Positions 20,532 to 34,689 of a stretch of DNA of 64,000 nucleotides are shown here, one piece after another (position 1 is the first letter of the stretch; each line of letters opens with the position of its first letter). A program made the position numbers and the translations under genes. Origin of the DNA: Sminthopsis crassicaudata (lineage: Eukaryota); the NCBI RefSeq assembly GCF_048593235.1, contig NC_133620.1:101186852-101250851 (forward strand). Reading direction: 5' to 3'. The notes beneath the pieces are model-generated. The model was not told the origin of the DNA and did no database searches. It saw only the letters and a list, made by a program, of their open reading frames with translations.

Positions 20532-20716
20532 TCAAGTAGAATCATCTAGTCCTCTTGGTTGCTCAGAATTTGACTTGCACAACCGGTCCATGATACCCTG
20601 GAGCATGGGCTGAACAATGCCAAGGAGTGGACGCCTAGAGGGATCGCCATCCCAGCAGGCTTCCATCAGCTGCCAGCATTCCTCATCAAACACTGGGAGT
20701 CGCTCTGGACGGGCTC
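20532..20716 (-). CDS. DSTYK: DSTYK exon 13, last coding exon with TGA
   Basis: (G)[60 protein letters not shown]. Acceptor tttcag at 20717, stop at 20534-20532. Confidence 0.97.
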
Positions 20717-21161
20717 CTGAAACAAAGAAATGTGACATGACAACAGTCTGTAGGAAAGCAACAGACATCTATCTCCCTCAGCTTCTGTGCCCAAATGGAG
20801 TTTAAGATAAAAAACTAGTATGAGGATTGTGCTTTTTAAAGTTGAAATAAAATTTATATTAGGTATGAACTGCGTAATGGAAATGAGAAAGAAATTAGAA
20901 TACTACTGGAGGAGAAGGAACTATTTTTTCTGCATGTTTCGGGGGAAAAAAATATCAATCATTTTTGTGGAAAAATACAAAATGTCTTAGGGAAAGGAAA
21001 ATGATTCTCTCACAGCTTGGGAATTCTAAGAATGGTGCTATCACTCAATCCTATATCAGGGTGTACAGGAAACAGAGAAGCTCATCTACGGCAGTCCTTC
21101 CTGCCAGACACTGATCAACAAAAGGAAACCAGGATGAACTGGCAGGGCTTGACATGCCTAC

Positions 21162-21296
21162 CTCTGCGCACATTGTTCCAGAGGTGGTCCTTGCTGGCAC
21201 ACCTTTCGAAGGCTTCAGGGAGCTTTACAGAGCCTGAGCAAATATACCAGAAGAGGATCCCAAAAGCATACACGTCCACGGAATTGTCATACTTCC
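21162..21296 (-). CDS. DSTYK: DSTYK exon 12 (135 nt, phase 1-1)
   Basis: [46 protein letters not shown] (kinase subdomain IX onward); tag/GTAGGC ends. Confidence 0.97.
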
Positions 21297-22727
21297 CTAC
21301 ATTAAGAGAGGATGAGAGTAAGCCAGGGACTGGGGCAGCAGCACACTCACAATGGCAAATTCATATAGGACTTCGTCTCTCCCCCCAGAATCCTTTCACA
21401 TTTGTTACTTTGAGTGTAACAACAACCCTATGAGGCTGCCAAGGCAGATTTTTTTTAATCCACATTTCATAGTTGATGAAACTAAAGATCATGATAAAGG
21501 GACAGCAATAATTAGCAAAAGCCAGAATATAGTTTAATAAAGACAGAATGAGCAAAAGCATGGAGGAAAGAATCAAAGTATACATTCCAATACAATGGGG
21601 GAAAAGAGATAGCAAAATAAAATTAGTCTAAATGACTATTAATTAGCATTTCAAAATTTTTTTAAAAATAGTTCTGTACATATGATCACTTTTTATGGTA
21701 TTACATATTAAATTTATAGGACATGTCTTATCCCCAAAATAGACTGTAAAATCTGACGAGGACAGGGATCCTTTTCTACCTTAACTTTAGATTTCCCCCA
21801 TTGACCTAACACTATTCTCTGTAAATAACAGATATTATAAATATTTGTGGATATGTCTTCTCATTGGATCTTCACAGTGGCCTTAGAAGATGGGTGCTGA
21901 TGATAAAGCTGAGAGACAGAAAGGTCGGTAACCCTTCTGGGGTGACACACCTAGTAGTACATCTAAGCACAGATTCTCCAAACTTCAGGTCTTACCCTAA
22001 CCACTGTACCATTTTGCTATCTCTTCAAACAAATTAATGTTTGTGCCACTGACTTAAAATGTCTTTGAGACAGTTTGCTCTTTGTAAAGAAACAAACTTT
22101 ATTAAATATTTGTTGCATGTGAAGTGGTACTATCAAGTTTACAGAACTGAAAAAATAAAATGGAACATTTCTTTTAAATAAATGAATAAATAAATTATGC
22201 ATTTTTCTGGAACTGAAATTGAATTGAATTTTAAAACAAAAAGATCAAGCTAAAATAAAAAGAGTATATACTAAGAAGTAATGGCAAATTATGTTGGAAG
22301 GGACCAGAGTACATGGAATTCTGAAATTCAGGCACAGCAGTTTTAGACTTAATTTAGTGAACAACCTATTTATTGTTATGTCTGGAGCAGAATGATATAA
22401 CGAAAGTGGTGTTTTAGAAGACTTAGTCTTGTGAAATGAGACATAGAGAACAATTTTATACAATGTTATAAACAGCTTTGAAAAGAACTTTGTAACCAAT
22501 GACTAACCATGATTTTAGAGAGCAGAAGATAAGGTCACAGACTTAGGATGTAGAATGAGACATACATTTCTGGACATGGTTAATTCATTTTGCTTAACTA
22601 TGCACATTTGTTACAAAAGTTTATTTTTTTTTCCCACAAGAGAAAGGACAAAGATGAGATGAAGAGAAAATAAATGATTGCTAAATGAAAAATAATTACA
22701 TAAAAATGTTTTTTAAAATAGTTATTC

Positions 22728-22880
22728 TGGGCAGTGGATAGAGCCCCAGTACTGAAGTCAGGAGGACCTGAGTTCAAATTTGACCTCAGAGACTTAACAC
22801 TTCCTGGCTGTATGACCCTGGGCAAGTCACTTAACCCCAACTGCCCCAGCAAAAAAAGAAAAGGAAAAAAAAAGATATTC
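22728..22880 (+). mobile_element. WSINE1-like SINE, 5'-truncated, A-rich tail
   Basis: gcagtggatagagccccagtactgaagtcaggaggacctgagttcaaat...; short tattctg duplication on both flanks. Confidence 0.8.
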
Positions 22881-23185
22881 TGATAGAAACCCACAGAAAA
22901 AACTAAAATGCAAATCTACTCAAGGGATAAAAACTCGATAAGAGGTTGCTAAAACAATCTTGTTATTAAGGCCTGGATTCAAATAATGACAATGGAATGG
23001 AAAGCTAGAGTACAAAGCCCAATTCGAGAGGCATTTGGAAGGAAGAAATGACAAGGCAAGGTACAAGCCTATTCTAGATAGATGAGTCTTGGATTATTCC
23101 ACTTTGTAAATAGCTGTGGAAGAGATTCTGGAAGAGAAGCCAACTAAAGGAAATTCTAATGTTAGATCTCCCTTCCAGTTCTTCT

Positions 23186-23354
23186 TCTTCTTTTTTTTTT
23201 TTTTTTTTTTTTTTGGCTGAGGCAATTCGGGTTAAGTAACTTGCCCAGGGTCACACAGCTAGGAAGTGTTAAGTGTCTGAGACCAGATTTAAACTCAGGT
23301 CCTCCTGATTTCACAGCTGGTGCTCTATCCACTGCGCCACCTGGCTGTCCCCCA
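23186..23354 (-). mobile_element. WSINE1-like SINE with 15-bp TSD
   Basis: Poly-T then SINE body on plus; TSD ccttccagttcttct at 23171-23185 and 23355-23369. Confidence 0.85.
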
Positions 23355-24569
23355 CCTTCCAGTTCTTCTGTCTACTAGCACTACTACTGGCTTAGATATT
23401 CAGACTTCAATTTTGAAACATCCTTCTTTCTTCACATCAGCAAATCCTGAGCTTTAAAATTATTCTTGTCCCTTCTTCTCTTCCAACTACTACCAACCTA
23501 ATCACTATACTTTTATTTCTGTTATAACCTCCCTACCTTGTCTCTCTGTACCAGTCTCCAACTTCTAATCCACATTATACATTAATACAGAGAATATTTG
23601 AGCTTGTATGGGGATGAGGATATGAAACCTCAAAGATCATCTAATCTAACCCTTTCACTTTACAGATGATGAAACAGAGATATGATAACTTGTCCCAAGA
23701 CATACAAGTGGTCGATGGCATTCTCTCAGCCTAATTTTTTTCCACTATCCCACAACTTATTTATTATGCCACTTATTTGTTCAAAAACAAACAAAACTGC
23801 CTAATATACTCCAGTGCCTGAATTTCAAGAGATTCCCAGGACTTTTAAGAAATTAACCTCTTGCTCTGACCAGTCTTATCACCTTAATGTTTTCTCTTAA
23901 TCCCAACTCCCTAGAAATGTCTTCCTTTTTCCCCTATGCCATTAAGAAATCTCTTATGCAGTCTTTAAAAATTCATCTTAGATTCTACTTTCTCCATAAA
24001 GCCTTCTCTTCCAGTGCTCTAACCTTCTCTGATCTTATAACTCAATTACAGTATGACATACATAACTTGCATTTAATTATTTGTGGCATTTAATATTGGT
24101 TATTAATTATTTCACCTATTTTAGCAGTCTCTCCTGCCAGATTTTAAGCTCCTTGAAGGTAAAGACCATTGCTTTTATTTTGTTTTCTCCTCCACAACAT
24201 CTTTGCACAATCCTGGGACCATAGGATGTGTGCTGAATATAATGGTTAGTGTTTGATTCACTGATTATGCATCAGCAGCATCTGAAACCAATATCTGAGA
24301 ATCTGAAATATCTGTTGTGGTATATTGTTGCCTTGATGATTCTCCACTCCTTGACACTCCTCTCTGACTTGCTGTCTCACTATGCTTTCTCTTCTCCTAC
24401 AGCTTCCTCCTCCTCTCTCTTTTACTCTTCCCCTTGCTTCTTTCTCCCTTACCTATGTTTATGGCATGTCAGTTGTATTCAAGATTATGGCTTAGCTCTT
24501 TTGTTAGTACTCAAACTTAAGAAAGTTGCTGAACCATATCCTTAACCCCATTGTTTCCACCAGCCTTAC

Positions 24570-24684
24570 CCGTGAAGAGCTCTGGGGCCATATGGATTGG
24601 GGTACCCACGATGCTACCAGACATCATGGCCTCAGGCTTGCAAAAACCCAGGTCAGTGATCTTGGCTCGGTTCTGCTTGTCAAG
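24570..24684 (-). CDS. DSTYK: DSTYK exon 11 (115 nt)
   Basis: [39 protein letters not shown], containing the DLG (DFG-equivalent) and APE motifs; tag/GTAAGG ends. Confidence 0.97.
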
Positions 24685-25374
24685 CTACAAACAAGGCAAG
24701 GCAACAGTCAGATGAAAATATCCTTCCCCTTTAAGCTTCTTGCAAAACCTCCTAGATTTTGAGTTATCACAGAATTTCTGAGGTAGAAAGGATCACAGTG
24801 ATCATCTGGTTCAATATATACCTGGAAAAAAAAAATTTCCTCTACAACAAATCTAATATGTTCATATAGTCTTTGCTTCAACACAGTAGTCCTAATGTAG
24901 TTGGACCAGGGCAGGGAACAGCAAAATGGTCACCTCTTTATTCTTAATAGGCAGGTGTCTCAGTAGAACCTAAGAATTCATATTTCACCTTGTTGACTCA
25001 TATTGAACTAAGATTCCAAGACCTTTTTCAGATGAATTGCTGCCTAACCAATTCACTTATGAAATGAGTTCTTTGAGCCCAATGTTAAGATTTATTTGTT
25101 CTGACCCAATAGCCTCATCTATTAAGATCTTTTTGAACTCTATCATCCATTGTGTTAACTATCCCATCCAAAAATCATTTGAAAATTTAACAAGTATTCT
25201 GTCTATGCCCTATCGCTAGGGTACTCCATCATTGATCAAATACTTTGCTAAAATTTTCATGAACTATAGCTACAACATTCTTCTGACCCACCAGTTTCAT
25301 GACCCCATCAAAAAAACAACCAAAAAACCCCCCCAAAACAAAAAACATTAGTTTATTGAAATTGGTTATTTTTC

Positions 25375-26200
25375 TGGGACACTGATACATTGTTGGTGGA
25401 ATTGTGAGTACATCCAGCCATTTTGGAGAGCGATTTGGAACTATGCTCAAAAAGTTATCAAACTGTGCATACTCTTTGATCCAGCAGTGCTACTACTGGG
25501 CTTATATTCCAAAGAAATCTTAAAGAAGGGAAAGGGACACACATGTATCCGTTTGTGGCAGCCCTCTTTGTAGTGGCCAGAAACTGGAAACTGAGTGGAT
25601 GCCCATCAATTGGAGAATGGCTGAATAAGTTATGATATGAATGGAATATTATTGTTCTGTAAGAAATGGCCAGCAGGATGATTTCAGAAAGGCCTGGAGA
25701 GACTTACATGAACTGATGCTGAGTGAAATGAGCAGGACCAGGAGATCATTATACACTTCAACAAAAATACTATATGATGATCAATTCTGATGTGACTCTC
25801 TTAAACAATGAGATGAACCAAATCAATTTCATTTGTTCAATAATGAAGAGAACCAGCTACATACAATGAAAGAACTCTGGGAAATGAGTGTAAACCACTA
25901 CATAGCATTTTCAGTCCCTCTGTTTTTGTCCACTTACATTTTTGATTTCCTTCACAGGTTAATTGTACATTATTTCAAAGTCCAATTCTTCTTGCCCAAC
26001 AAAATAACTGTATGGATATGTATACATATATTGTATGTAACATATACTTTAACATATTTAACATGTATTGGTCTACCTGCCATCTGGGGAAGAGGGTGGG
26101 GGGAAGGAGGGGAAAAATTGGAACAAAAGGTTTTGTAATTGACAATGCTGAAAAATTATCCATGCATATATCTGGTAAATAAAAAGCTATAATAAAAAGA
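25375..26200 (+). mobile_element. L1 3' end (ORF2 C-terminus and 3'UTR), 5'-truncated
   Basis: gggacactgatacattgttggtgga...tttggaactatgctcaaaaagttatcaaactgtgc; ends aaaaagctataataaaaa, followed by a GGAAG/GGGGA purine tract to ~26250. Confidence 0.9.
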
Positions 26201-26955
26201 AAGGAAGGGGAGGGGAGGGAAGGGGAGGGAAGAGGAGGGAAGGGAAGGAATTGATTATTTTTATCTTTCAGTTATTCTAAACTCCTCACTTACTTGCAAA
26301 ACAAATTAATTTAAAGAAGCATTTCTGATGCTAACTGTCTCCTCAAGTCTAAGGTATATACCACAACGTTAAGGTAAAAAGAAACTCCCTGATCACTTGG
26401 ACAAAGAATCTTAAGAGTCCCAGAGCTAACCTTTAAAAATACAAAAAAAGACTAAGTCTCACAAGTCAGCTATCTGTCTGGGAATATTTTAGAGATAAGG
26501 CTACACTTTATGGAATTTTGAGGACCTCTTTCTTCCCCAAAAAAAGTGTTATATCTCTACCAAGAGTCAATAGAAATATATGACAATGATGATGCAAAAT
26601 CAAAACTTAAAAAAAAAGAATAAATCAAAAGATAATTCTTGTAATTGGGATAACAAGGTTAAAGCAAAGTTATAATTGTTTTTGTCTGTTAAGCTATCTA
26701 GAGCCATCTCCTCCCTTTTTGAACACAATTTCTATTTCCAGCTAAAACAGAACAGGAAAGGCCTGAGGCACATTGAAAATACCTTGGATTCTCTCCATTC
26801 AGACACATCCCTCTCTCCAGGTGTCTAGCTACAAATCCAAGATCCAGCTTGTGGTTAGTACAACTGCAACCTTTCTACTTCACTTCTCCCACCTAAATTC
26901 CTTTTTTCAGGCCCTTTAGCCCACAAGAACAGATATTCTAGGGAGCAGCCCTTAC

Positions 26956-27069
26956 CAGCACATTTTTTAGTTTGATGTCACGGTGAACAAGCCCCTGGCT
27001 ATGCAGAAAGCGTATTCCTTCCACTACGTCCAGGGCTATCTGCAAGCGCAGCTCCAGAATCAGCCCGGC
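26956..27069 (-). CDS. DSTYK: DSTYK exon 10 (114 nt)
   Basis: [38 protein letters not shown], containing the catalytic HRD loop; cag/GTAAGG ends. Confidence 0.97.
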
Positions 27070-28509
27070 CTGTAAAAGACAAAATCACTTGTGACTTTCA
27101 GGGTAACTCCTCTCTTCCTGGTTGTTCAAATAAAGGAAGATGCCTTCAGTAGGGTTCAAAGACAAATGTACTACAGCATATTAATAAAGAAATATGACAA
27201 AGATGGGGTATAAAGAAAAAGAAAGGAATACAGCAAGTAACAGGAAACTTTAAGAAAGACAAGACAAATCAAATCCCTTGGGACAGGTAAACTGTCCCCA
27301 TGTTTGGCTTACTTAGGTACAATCAAAAGACTGAAGGGACAGTCTCTTTGATAAATACCTGGAGCAAAAAGGAACTGGGATCAACAACAGAACTGCCCTT
27401 CAACTTTAACTGTAAGCATTTCTGCATCTCACAAACAGATTTCCTCTTACTGCTAAATGTAAGGGGCTTGTTTTACCCCAGCTGACCCAGATATGGTTTT
27501 GTGGGTTACAAAAGTCCAAACTGTATGTAACACTTTCCAGTTGCCAACCCAATCTACTACTGTGTAGTAGATGTTGCATCACCATGAGGTGCTAATGAAG
27601 TTCGCTGGTTCATACCAGAATGGATGATAGGGACTAAATCCTAGCTTCTCAGAAATAGAGAGAAAAAAGGTTCTTGGAAAATTATTTCCCTCATTAAACT
27701 AAAGATCAGCTTCATGTTTCAAAAAGTTCCTGATTCCTTGTAGCATTTGTACATTTCCCCTGGCCCTCCATAGGCCAGGCACCATGTGGATTCAGTGGAA
27801 GGGAACCCACCCAGATGCTCTGTGGTAAATGCTTTCCTCTTCCCCCACAGCTCTCTCTAGAGTGGGAAGGGGAACTTCTCTATAGGGAGACTAAGAAAAG
27901 CTATGTACTTCCCTTTATTGTTGTTGCTCTGGACAAAGGAAATTCAACATCTAACCCAAATCTTAGCTATAACTCTCATCTTTCATTCAAAAACCTTCAA
28001 ATGTTAAAAAGACTCTTCCTTACCATGGCATTCAAGGCCCTCCATAATTGAATCTTATTTTATCTTTCTAGAGAATCTCCTACAATTTCACTGAATAAAT
28101 CCCCACTTCAGATTGATTTAGACATCTCTTAATAGCTCCCCCTGCGTCCCACAACAAACTTTGGACTTTTCTTCCTCTGTGCCTTTGTTCACTATTTCTC
28201 CTGCTGGGAGCATCCTCCTTAGATCTCTGCCTATTCAAATCTTACCTATTTTTTCAGGGCCATTTTAAACCTACCTACACAAGTTTTCTTTGTCCATCCC
28301 AGTTCAAGCTCAAGTAGAAATCTGGTAGGGGGGAGAGGGGCTTGAGCTGCAAATCACATGCTCACATGTTCTGAGCATCTATATCACTCATCTCAATCAT
28401 ACACTGGTTCATATTTTTTATTATTTTTCCTATGGTATATCTTTTCCTTAATTAGATTTTTGCTTTTTTGACTATAAGGTCTGTGTTATTTGGGTCTTTA
28501 TATCCCCCA

Positions 28510-29620
28510 TAATGCTACAAATCTTTATTAAGTATCCTACTATGAGCAGAGAAACATGAGCAACAAATATGGAAAGTAAGGTACAATCCCTACTCTTATG
28601 AAGGACCTTAAAAAAAATATAAAAGACGATGACAGATAACTGAAAAATAAGGCAGAATGGAAGATTAATTCCACGAAAAGGACATAAAGAATTATGGGCG
28701 TTCAAAGAAGAGAGAGACAACATCTGGCTGAGGGAATCAGGAAGTGGTAATTGAGATGGGCCTTAAAAAGATGTGGAATTGGGAGGGTGAGGGGTAGAGC
28801 AGCATTTTAGACAGAGGAAGCAGCATAAACAAAGCACATTTATGTTAAAAGTGAAAAGTCTAATCTGACTGGTGTAGAGAGCAAAGGCAGGGGTATACAG
28901 AGAAAGAAGACCAGCAAGGTTGGTTAAAATTAAAGTGCAAACCGTGTGCCAAACTGAGGAGTTTAGATATTATTCACCGGGCAATGGAGAGATATTAAAG
29001 GGTGCTTTTGTTTTTACTGAGGAAAGTCAAAGGATCAGAGCTTTACTTTAAAAAAAAAACCACATGTTACACTGGAAAGGAGAGAGACTGAAGATAGGAA
29101 GGTCAGTTAGGAGGATACTGAAATAATTTAGATAAAATGTAACAAGGGCCTCAACTACAATGATAGTCCTGAGAATGGAAAGATGAAGATGGATAAAAGA
29201 AACACTGATTCGGCAGACTCAGTAGAACTTAACAAACAATCTGATGTGAAAGATGAAGGCAAGGAAGGTGTCAAAGATGACTAAAATTTTGAATTTGAAG
29301 AACTTAGATAATAGCTATACATAGAAACAGCAGTTGAAGAGGAGTTAGTTTTCAGAAGAAAATGATGTCAGTCTTGAGCTTAAAAGTCCTAAGTACCAGA
29401 TACATATCCAGGAGGAAATGTCCTGCAGACAACTGGAAAACTAGGACACGAGCTCAGCAGAGCTGCCAGGACTAAAGATAAAAGATCTGAGAATCATCTG
29501 CATAGATGCAACAGCTAAAGTTATGAGAGATCCATAAAGAACAACATAAAGAGAAATGAAATGACCAAAGGAAAGAAAAAGGTTCAAAAAGAAAAGGATC
29601 ATCAACAATTTGAAGAAAAA
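28510..29620 (-). mobile_element. L2 LINE remnant
   Basis: Degenerate antisense L2 text; a sense L2 piece (tggcattcaaggccctccata) lies at ~27950-28300. Boundaries approximate. Confidence 0.5.
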
Positions 29621-30087
29621 ATAACTGGACAGGGTGATTAGGAATTTACCAATATCTCTTGGTGATGCATATTCAGAAGTTTTGTGGATGAGAGCCACAT
29701 CTCTGGATGTGGATGAATATGGGTAAACACAAAGCAAAGTATTTTATATGAAGTAGGTCTCAATAAATGTTTTTTGACTGAACAAAGAGCTTTAGAAGCA
29801 AAAGTTATAAGAAGCCTGTATATTATATTAAGGAGTCTGAGCTTCACTACCACCATTGAAAGTTAAAATTATAGATGGAGTAGTCTTGATATACTACATA
29901 TACCCTATAGCCAGGAACCATCTCTGAGATTAAAATATCCAAGAAGGTTTCTTGGAACAAGGGAATCAAGAAAACCAACAATATTTTGTAAAAAACCTGG
30001 GAGCTCTGAGAAAGAAGGGAAGAAGAGTAAGAAGGAGAGCTGTGAATTTGGTAGTCAGGTCAGCCTATGTTATCTCCCTGCCCTCAC

Positions 30088-30220
30088 CTTCAACCCTGTG
30101 TAAAGGTCCCGGTGTAGCCGCTCCATGATGAGCAGCACTGCAATACTGGAGCCACCGCCGTAGTTGTAGTCGATGACGGAACCGTGAAGATCCACCAGAC
30201 GCTCATGCTTGGGCAGAGAC
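30088..30220 (-). CDS. DSTYK: DSTYK exon 9 (133 nt)
   Basis: [44 protein letters not shown]; cag/GTGAGG ends. Confidence 0.97.
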
Positions 30221-30622
30221 CTGGTAAGAAGGAGAGGGGTCTGGGCTGCAAACCACATGCCCCATTCCTATAAGGCATGCCAGGACTCAGGGAAGAAAGG
30301 ACCTCTAAATTGGTTCAGAGGACAGAAATCTGACTCACTTCCCAGGACAGGCATCTTAAAGTAGCTGAGCCGCTATGACCAAGGAGGAAGGTAATACAGA
30401 AAGATAGGGAAAGGAAACTAGAACAGGAAGGGGTTTAGGCTCCCAAGGCAGCCTTAGCCTTAGAGGGAGTCCAGTTTTAACTACTGGTCTACAACAACCC
30501 AGCATTAAGAAATGCAAAGAAAGGACACTAGCAGACACCTCCTACGTTTAAGTAGGGAATTTAAGCCAGACCTCTGGATGCTTCTATGCATCCTTGCCCA
30601 GATAGATAGAACTATGACCCAC

Positions 30623-30779
30623 CTCATATAATGAAACTCTAATGCCAAATCATTCCAGTGCTTCTCATCTGGAGGGACAACTGATTTCAGGGCACAGGGA
30701 AAATGGCCTCCCCAGTTGTCACACAGGTACACCACACCATACTGCCCCCGGCCTAGCTCCTGGCCCAGTTTAGGTTTAC
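30623..30779 (-). CDS. DSTYK: DSTYK exon 8 (157 nt)
   Basis: [52 protein letters not shown], with Gly-rich loop and catalytic Lys; cag/GTGGGT ends. Confidence 0.97.
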
Positions 30780-31076
30780 CTGCAAGGCAAAGAAAGGAAG
30801 ACTGGCTAGAGCTCAATGGGCCATATCTATAAGAGAAACATAACTAGTGTCATTCCAAGACCTTTAGAAATGATTTATCTGAAAATATTATTACCCTATG
30901 AGTTGTACAAATGGCATTTCTAAATGAGGAACTCTGATAGTTTAAAAATAAATTAATGGCTTATAATTCACAAGAATGGGAAAGAATCCTTGAGCTCCCT
31001 GGGGTTGGTAATTGGGCCAGAGTTAAGATAGGATTAGCCACTTCTATTTTGTTCAGGGGAAATAACAGAGACTCAC

Positions 31077-31206
31077 GATGCAACAAGACATCCTGTAGGG
31101 ACCGGCTCTCCAGGGACAGGCGGGCCAAGCGTGGGGCGTGATCTTTGCGAACCTTCAGCCATAGGTCTTCAGTTTTCTCCAGCCGGCCCGAATGACCAGC
31201 TTCCAA
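31077..31206 (-). CDS. DSTYK: DSTYK exon 7 (130 nt)
   Basis: [43 protein letters not shown]; tag/GTGAGT ends. Confidence 0.97.
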
Positions 31207-31788
31207 CTACAGAGTTTAACAGCACAGACACGAGCATGACCTAACTACCACTCTGATCAAAGCCTTCCCCTTGAAAGAACAAGCAGGGGCCACGAAGCCA
31301 TGCGAACCTGGATACTCGACTCCTGGGTCAGGCTACTGACCTCTTAACACTGTTCACAATATATATAACCTCAGAAGAGCCATCATTTGAGTTCCTCCCT
31401 CCCCATGAATTGGGTTAAAACATTATAAATACACATGTGGAAAATAAGCAGACCAATCAGGATTACAGAGAATTGAAGCATGCTCTCGACTAAAGAGATA
31501 GCAAGTGAAATGTGCAGAATGAGACCCAGGCTATCATAAATAGCTACTGGATTGACTTGTTTTGCTTCAACTTGTTTTTATTACAAGAAAGAGTTCTACT
31601 GAAAAGCTAGGAGAGTGAAGAGGAAACAAGAGTAATATTTTATAAAGTACATCAACAGAACACTCATATAATTTTAAAGGAAACAAATGAACAAATCTCC
31701 AAGTAGAACAAAATCAAGTCAACAAAGACTGATAAACAGAGAAATCACTATCTCTGAAACAACTGCATCACCTCCTCCATAGGCCTAC

Positions 31789-31965
31789 CTGTCGCAAGGA
31801 GGCTGCAAATGCCTCATGAGAGCTATTAAGTCGAGTCCGGAACTGGCTGCAAATGCTCTTGGCCAGCTTGGAGGCACTGAGACTCTCAATGGCATCCTGG
31901 GCGACCTTCTTCTTCCATTCTGGAGTAACAGCAGGTGGACTTACCCATGTGATTCTCTGGATAAT
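31789..31965 (-). CDS. DSTYK: DSTYK exon 6 (177 nt)
   Basis: [13 protein letters not shown]...[43 protein letters not shown]; tag/GTAGGC ends, phase 0-0. Confidence 0.96.
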
Positions 31966-32433
31966 CTATCAAGACATAAGCAGTGAAGTCAAGAATGAAT
32001 AACAAGCAGAAACAGGCAGAAAGACCCAATGTCCATAAAAGAGGGCACTAAAAATGTGGAATTTGGTAACATTGGGACTCTAATCCTTACAATACAGAAG
32101 AGTTGGGATAAACATTGGGGACATCAAACAAGAGAAAATCTTAAGAGAATGTGGGAGGTTAGTCTCCAAACTCATAAGTCTCAGGAAAACTCCATTCAGT
32201 AGCAGGAAGCAGGAGGTATGGATTTCTGGAGTTCAAATAGTTAGCCTAAATTCTATAGCAAGGACCACACCCACCAATACAGGTGATATAAAGGGTCCAG
32301 GTAAGAAACATTTAGTTGGTAGGAAAGAGAGTTCTAATGTGGAAGAGTAGAGGTCTGTGGAGAAAGCTCCTGGAGATCTGGGCCAACAAAGATTCCCCTG
32401 AGTCCTGTAGTAGATGACATTTTAATGGAAAGC

Positions 32434-32675
32434 AGCTAGGTGCAGGAGATGGAGCACTGGGCCTGGAGGCAGGAAGACTCACCTTCCTGAGTTCAAATCC
32501 AGCCTCAGATCCTGGTGACCCTGGGCAATTCACTTCACCCTGTTTGCCTTGGCTCCCTCATCTGTAAAATGAGCTGAAGAAGGAAATGGCAAACCATTCC
32601 AGTATCTTTGCCAAGAAAACCTCAAATGGGATCACGAAGAGTCAGCTATGACTGAATAATGACTAAACAACAAGA
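32434..32675 (+). mobile_element. MAR1/MIR-family SINE, near full length
   Basis: gcagctaggtgcagga..ctgggcctggaggcaggaag...ctgtaaaatgagctgaagaaggaaatggcaaaccattccagtatctttgccaag. Confidence 0.85.
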
Positions 32676-32862
32676 TGGATCTGGAATAAAATGATCTTAG
32701 TTTGAATCCTAGCTGTACCAATTGCTACCTATGAATTTGGGCAGATCATTTGTCCTCTCTGAGTCTCAGTTTCTTACCTGTTAAGTGAGGGGTTTTGGCC
32801 CACATGACCTCTGAGTTAAAACTTTAAGTCAATGCTCCTGTGGTCCAATCAGTCACCCATAC

Positions 32863-32946
32863 CTGTTTGATCTGCTCCCACAGCATCCTGGTTACTGTTG
32901 ACCCTGAGTGAAATGTCACTTCAACATGATAGGCAGCATTCAAGAT
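32863..32946 (-). CDS. DSTYK: DSTYK exon 5 (84 nt)
   Basis: [28 protein letters not shown]; cag/GTATGG ends. Confidence 0.97.
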
Positions 32947-33364
32947 CTGAAAGAGAACACAGATTGCCAAGTCACTATTCCGTGAATGAAGTGTCCATTT
33001 CCAAAAAGGAAATAGCTATTTGCTTCAAGAGCATGCCTCTATGCACGGCCTCAAGTTTGTCTTTCATGCCATTTTAATAAAAGCAAGGTCAATACTTGAG
33101 TATTATCTCATGAAAGGATGGGACAGCCTCAGGGCTTCTTTGCTCTTCCCTTTTTTACCTTTCTGCCATTTTAATGATTATGAACTTCTCCCCTAGGGGG
33201 TAAACAGATGGATGAGGAAAATGACACTCAAGTTGAGGTGTTAGTCATTCTGGGGAAATGGACTGGGTAGAAAGAAAGTCCGGAGCTATAAATTTAGGAA
33301 TTAGATGTGAATGCTGTTTCATTTGTCACCAATATTTCTTTTTAAAAATCATTCTTTTAGATAC

Positions 33365-33597
33365 CTGTTTGAGATAGTTACTAGTGATATGGATTGATAC
33401 ATCTTGGGACTTTTCCAGGCTCTGAAGACACCGTTCCAGGGTTCCCACAAAGCTCTCACGAAGATAGTCCACTGAGCTGATCAACTTATTGGCCACAGCC
33501 TGGTTGAGCTGAGAGATGATAAGTTCCTGAATCTGACGGATGCAGCATTTGATCTCTCTGGTGCCCACTGGCTCTCCATTCTCAGGGATGATGACAT
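33365..33597 (-). CDS. DSTYK: DSTYK exon 4 (233 nt)
   Basis: (D)[77 protein letters not shown]; tag/GTATCT ends. Confidence 0.97.
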
Positions 33598-34689
33598 CTA
33601 TGGGAAATAAGGATGAGAGCTAGTCAGCAGGTGGGAAAACACAAGGCCATATTAAATAGAATGGTCACCTACGTCAAAAGTTCCAAAGAATTTATAACTG
33701 ACAGTGGCTACAACAACACATGGGTAGTAGACAGAACAACTCCAGGAATGAAGCATGAAGATTATTAATATAAATAGAAGCTATGAAATTATGAACATCA
33801 CATATCCTCCTACTGGGCCACATATTCAAAGTTCTTTCTATAGAGGAAATAAAGGAGACAGAATCTTGATAAGAAAGGGGGATAATATTTAGAAGACTAC
33901 TATTAATCACCTCGGCCTTCCTTCCTATATCCCCAATCATGCCTCAGCACCTTCTCCACAAGAGCAGTTCATTAGAGCCACTATTTTACCTGTCTCTGAA
34001 GAATCTTTTAGGAACCTAGCCTGCTAATCTATACTCCTTAAGTCTAAGTGTGGCATCTCTATGTGCAACAGAAAGAATAACATGCTATTCTCTACATACC
34101 CAAAAAAGTCCCTGACGCATTATTGGTAAATATTATCTATGAAATTTTCCCCTATAAGATATATTTACTTATAGTGGTAAAAGATTGTAATAAAATATCC
34201 ACATTTCCTTGACAAATTCCCTTAACAATCAAGATATATTTATTATTAATAACAGGACATGTAGGCAAGACACCTAGCTAGAATTAAGGGTGTAATCTGT
34301 GGTCCCAGAATAATAACAGTGAGGATAATAAATAAAAATAATAAAACTTCCACAGTGTTTGTGAGGCTTGCAAATCATTTTACAAATATTTTATAACAAA
34401 GACTCCAGCTAGCCAATAAAGGGATTTAATGAGAATAATTTTCTACATTGAAATGATATCAAAAGAGATATTACAAAGTGGAATTTTGTGTCACTCTACT
34501 TTAAGTAAGATTAAATAGAGCCAGTGTTATTTGTGGGTTACAACCCACCATTCCATAAATAGTAAACCAATAGTCAATATAACTAACAAATTTAATAATC
34601 ATCCAATTTGATTAATATTCAAAAGGAGTAGGAAAAGAAATGAAGTCTGAAATTCTGGTCTGAAGATACCCTCTTGAGGTAGGACTTAA

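Noticed and set aside
24601-24640. DLG in place of DFG in the DSTYK kinase (exon 11) as a possible inactivating change
   Set aside because: DLG is the normal DSTYK state as recalled; the Gly loop, Lys, HRD and APE motifs are all intact.
27552-27572. 9-bp hairpin atctactac-tgt-gtagtagat in DSTYK intron 9
   Set aside because: Too short for a pre-miRNA and within chance expectation.
33355-33364. GTATCT donor of DSTYK intron 4 as a possible U12 intron
   Set aside because: Lacks the full GTATCCTT consensus, and there is no TCCTTAAC branch site upstream of the acceptor at 32947.
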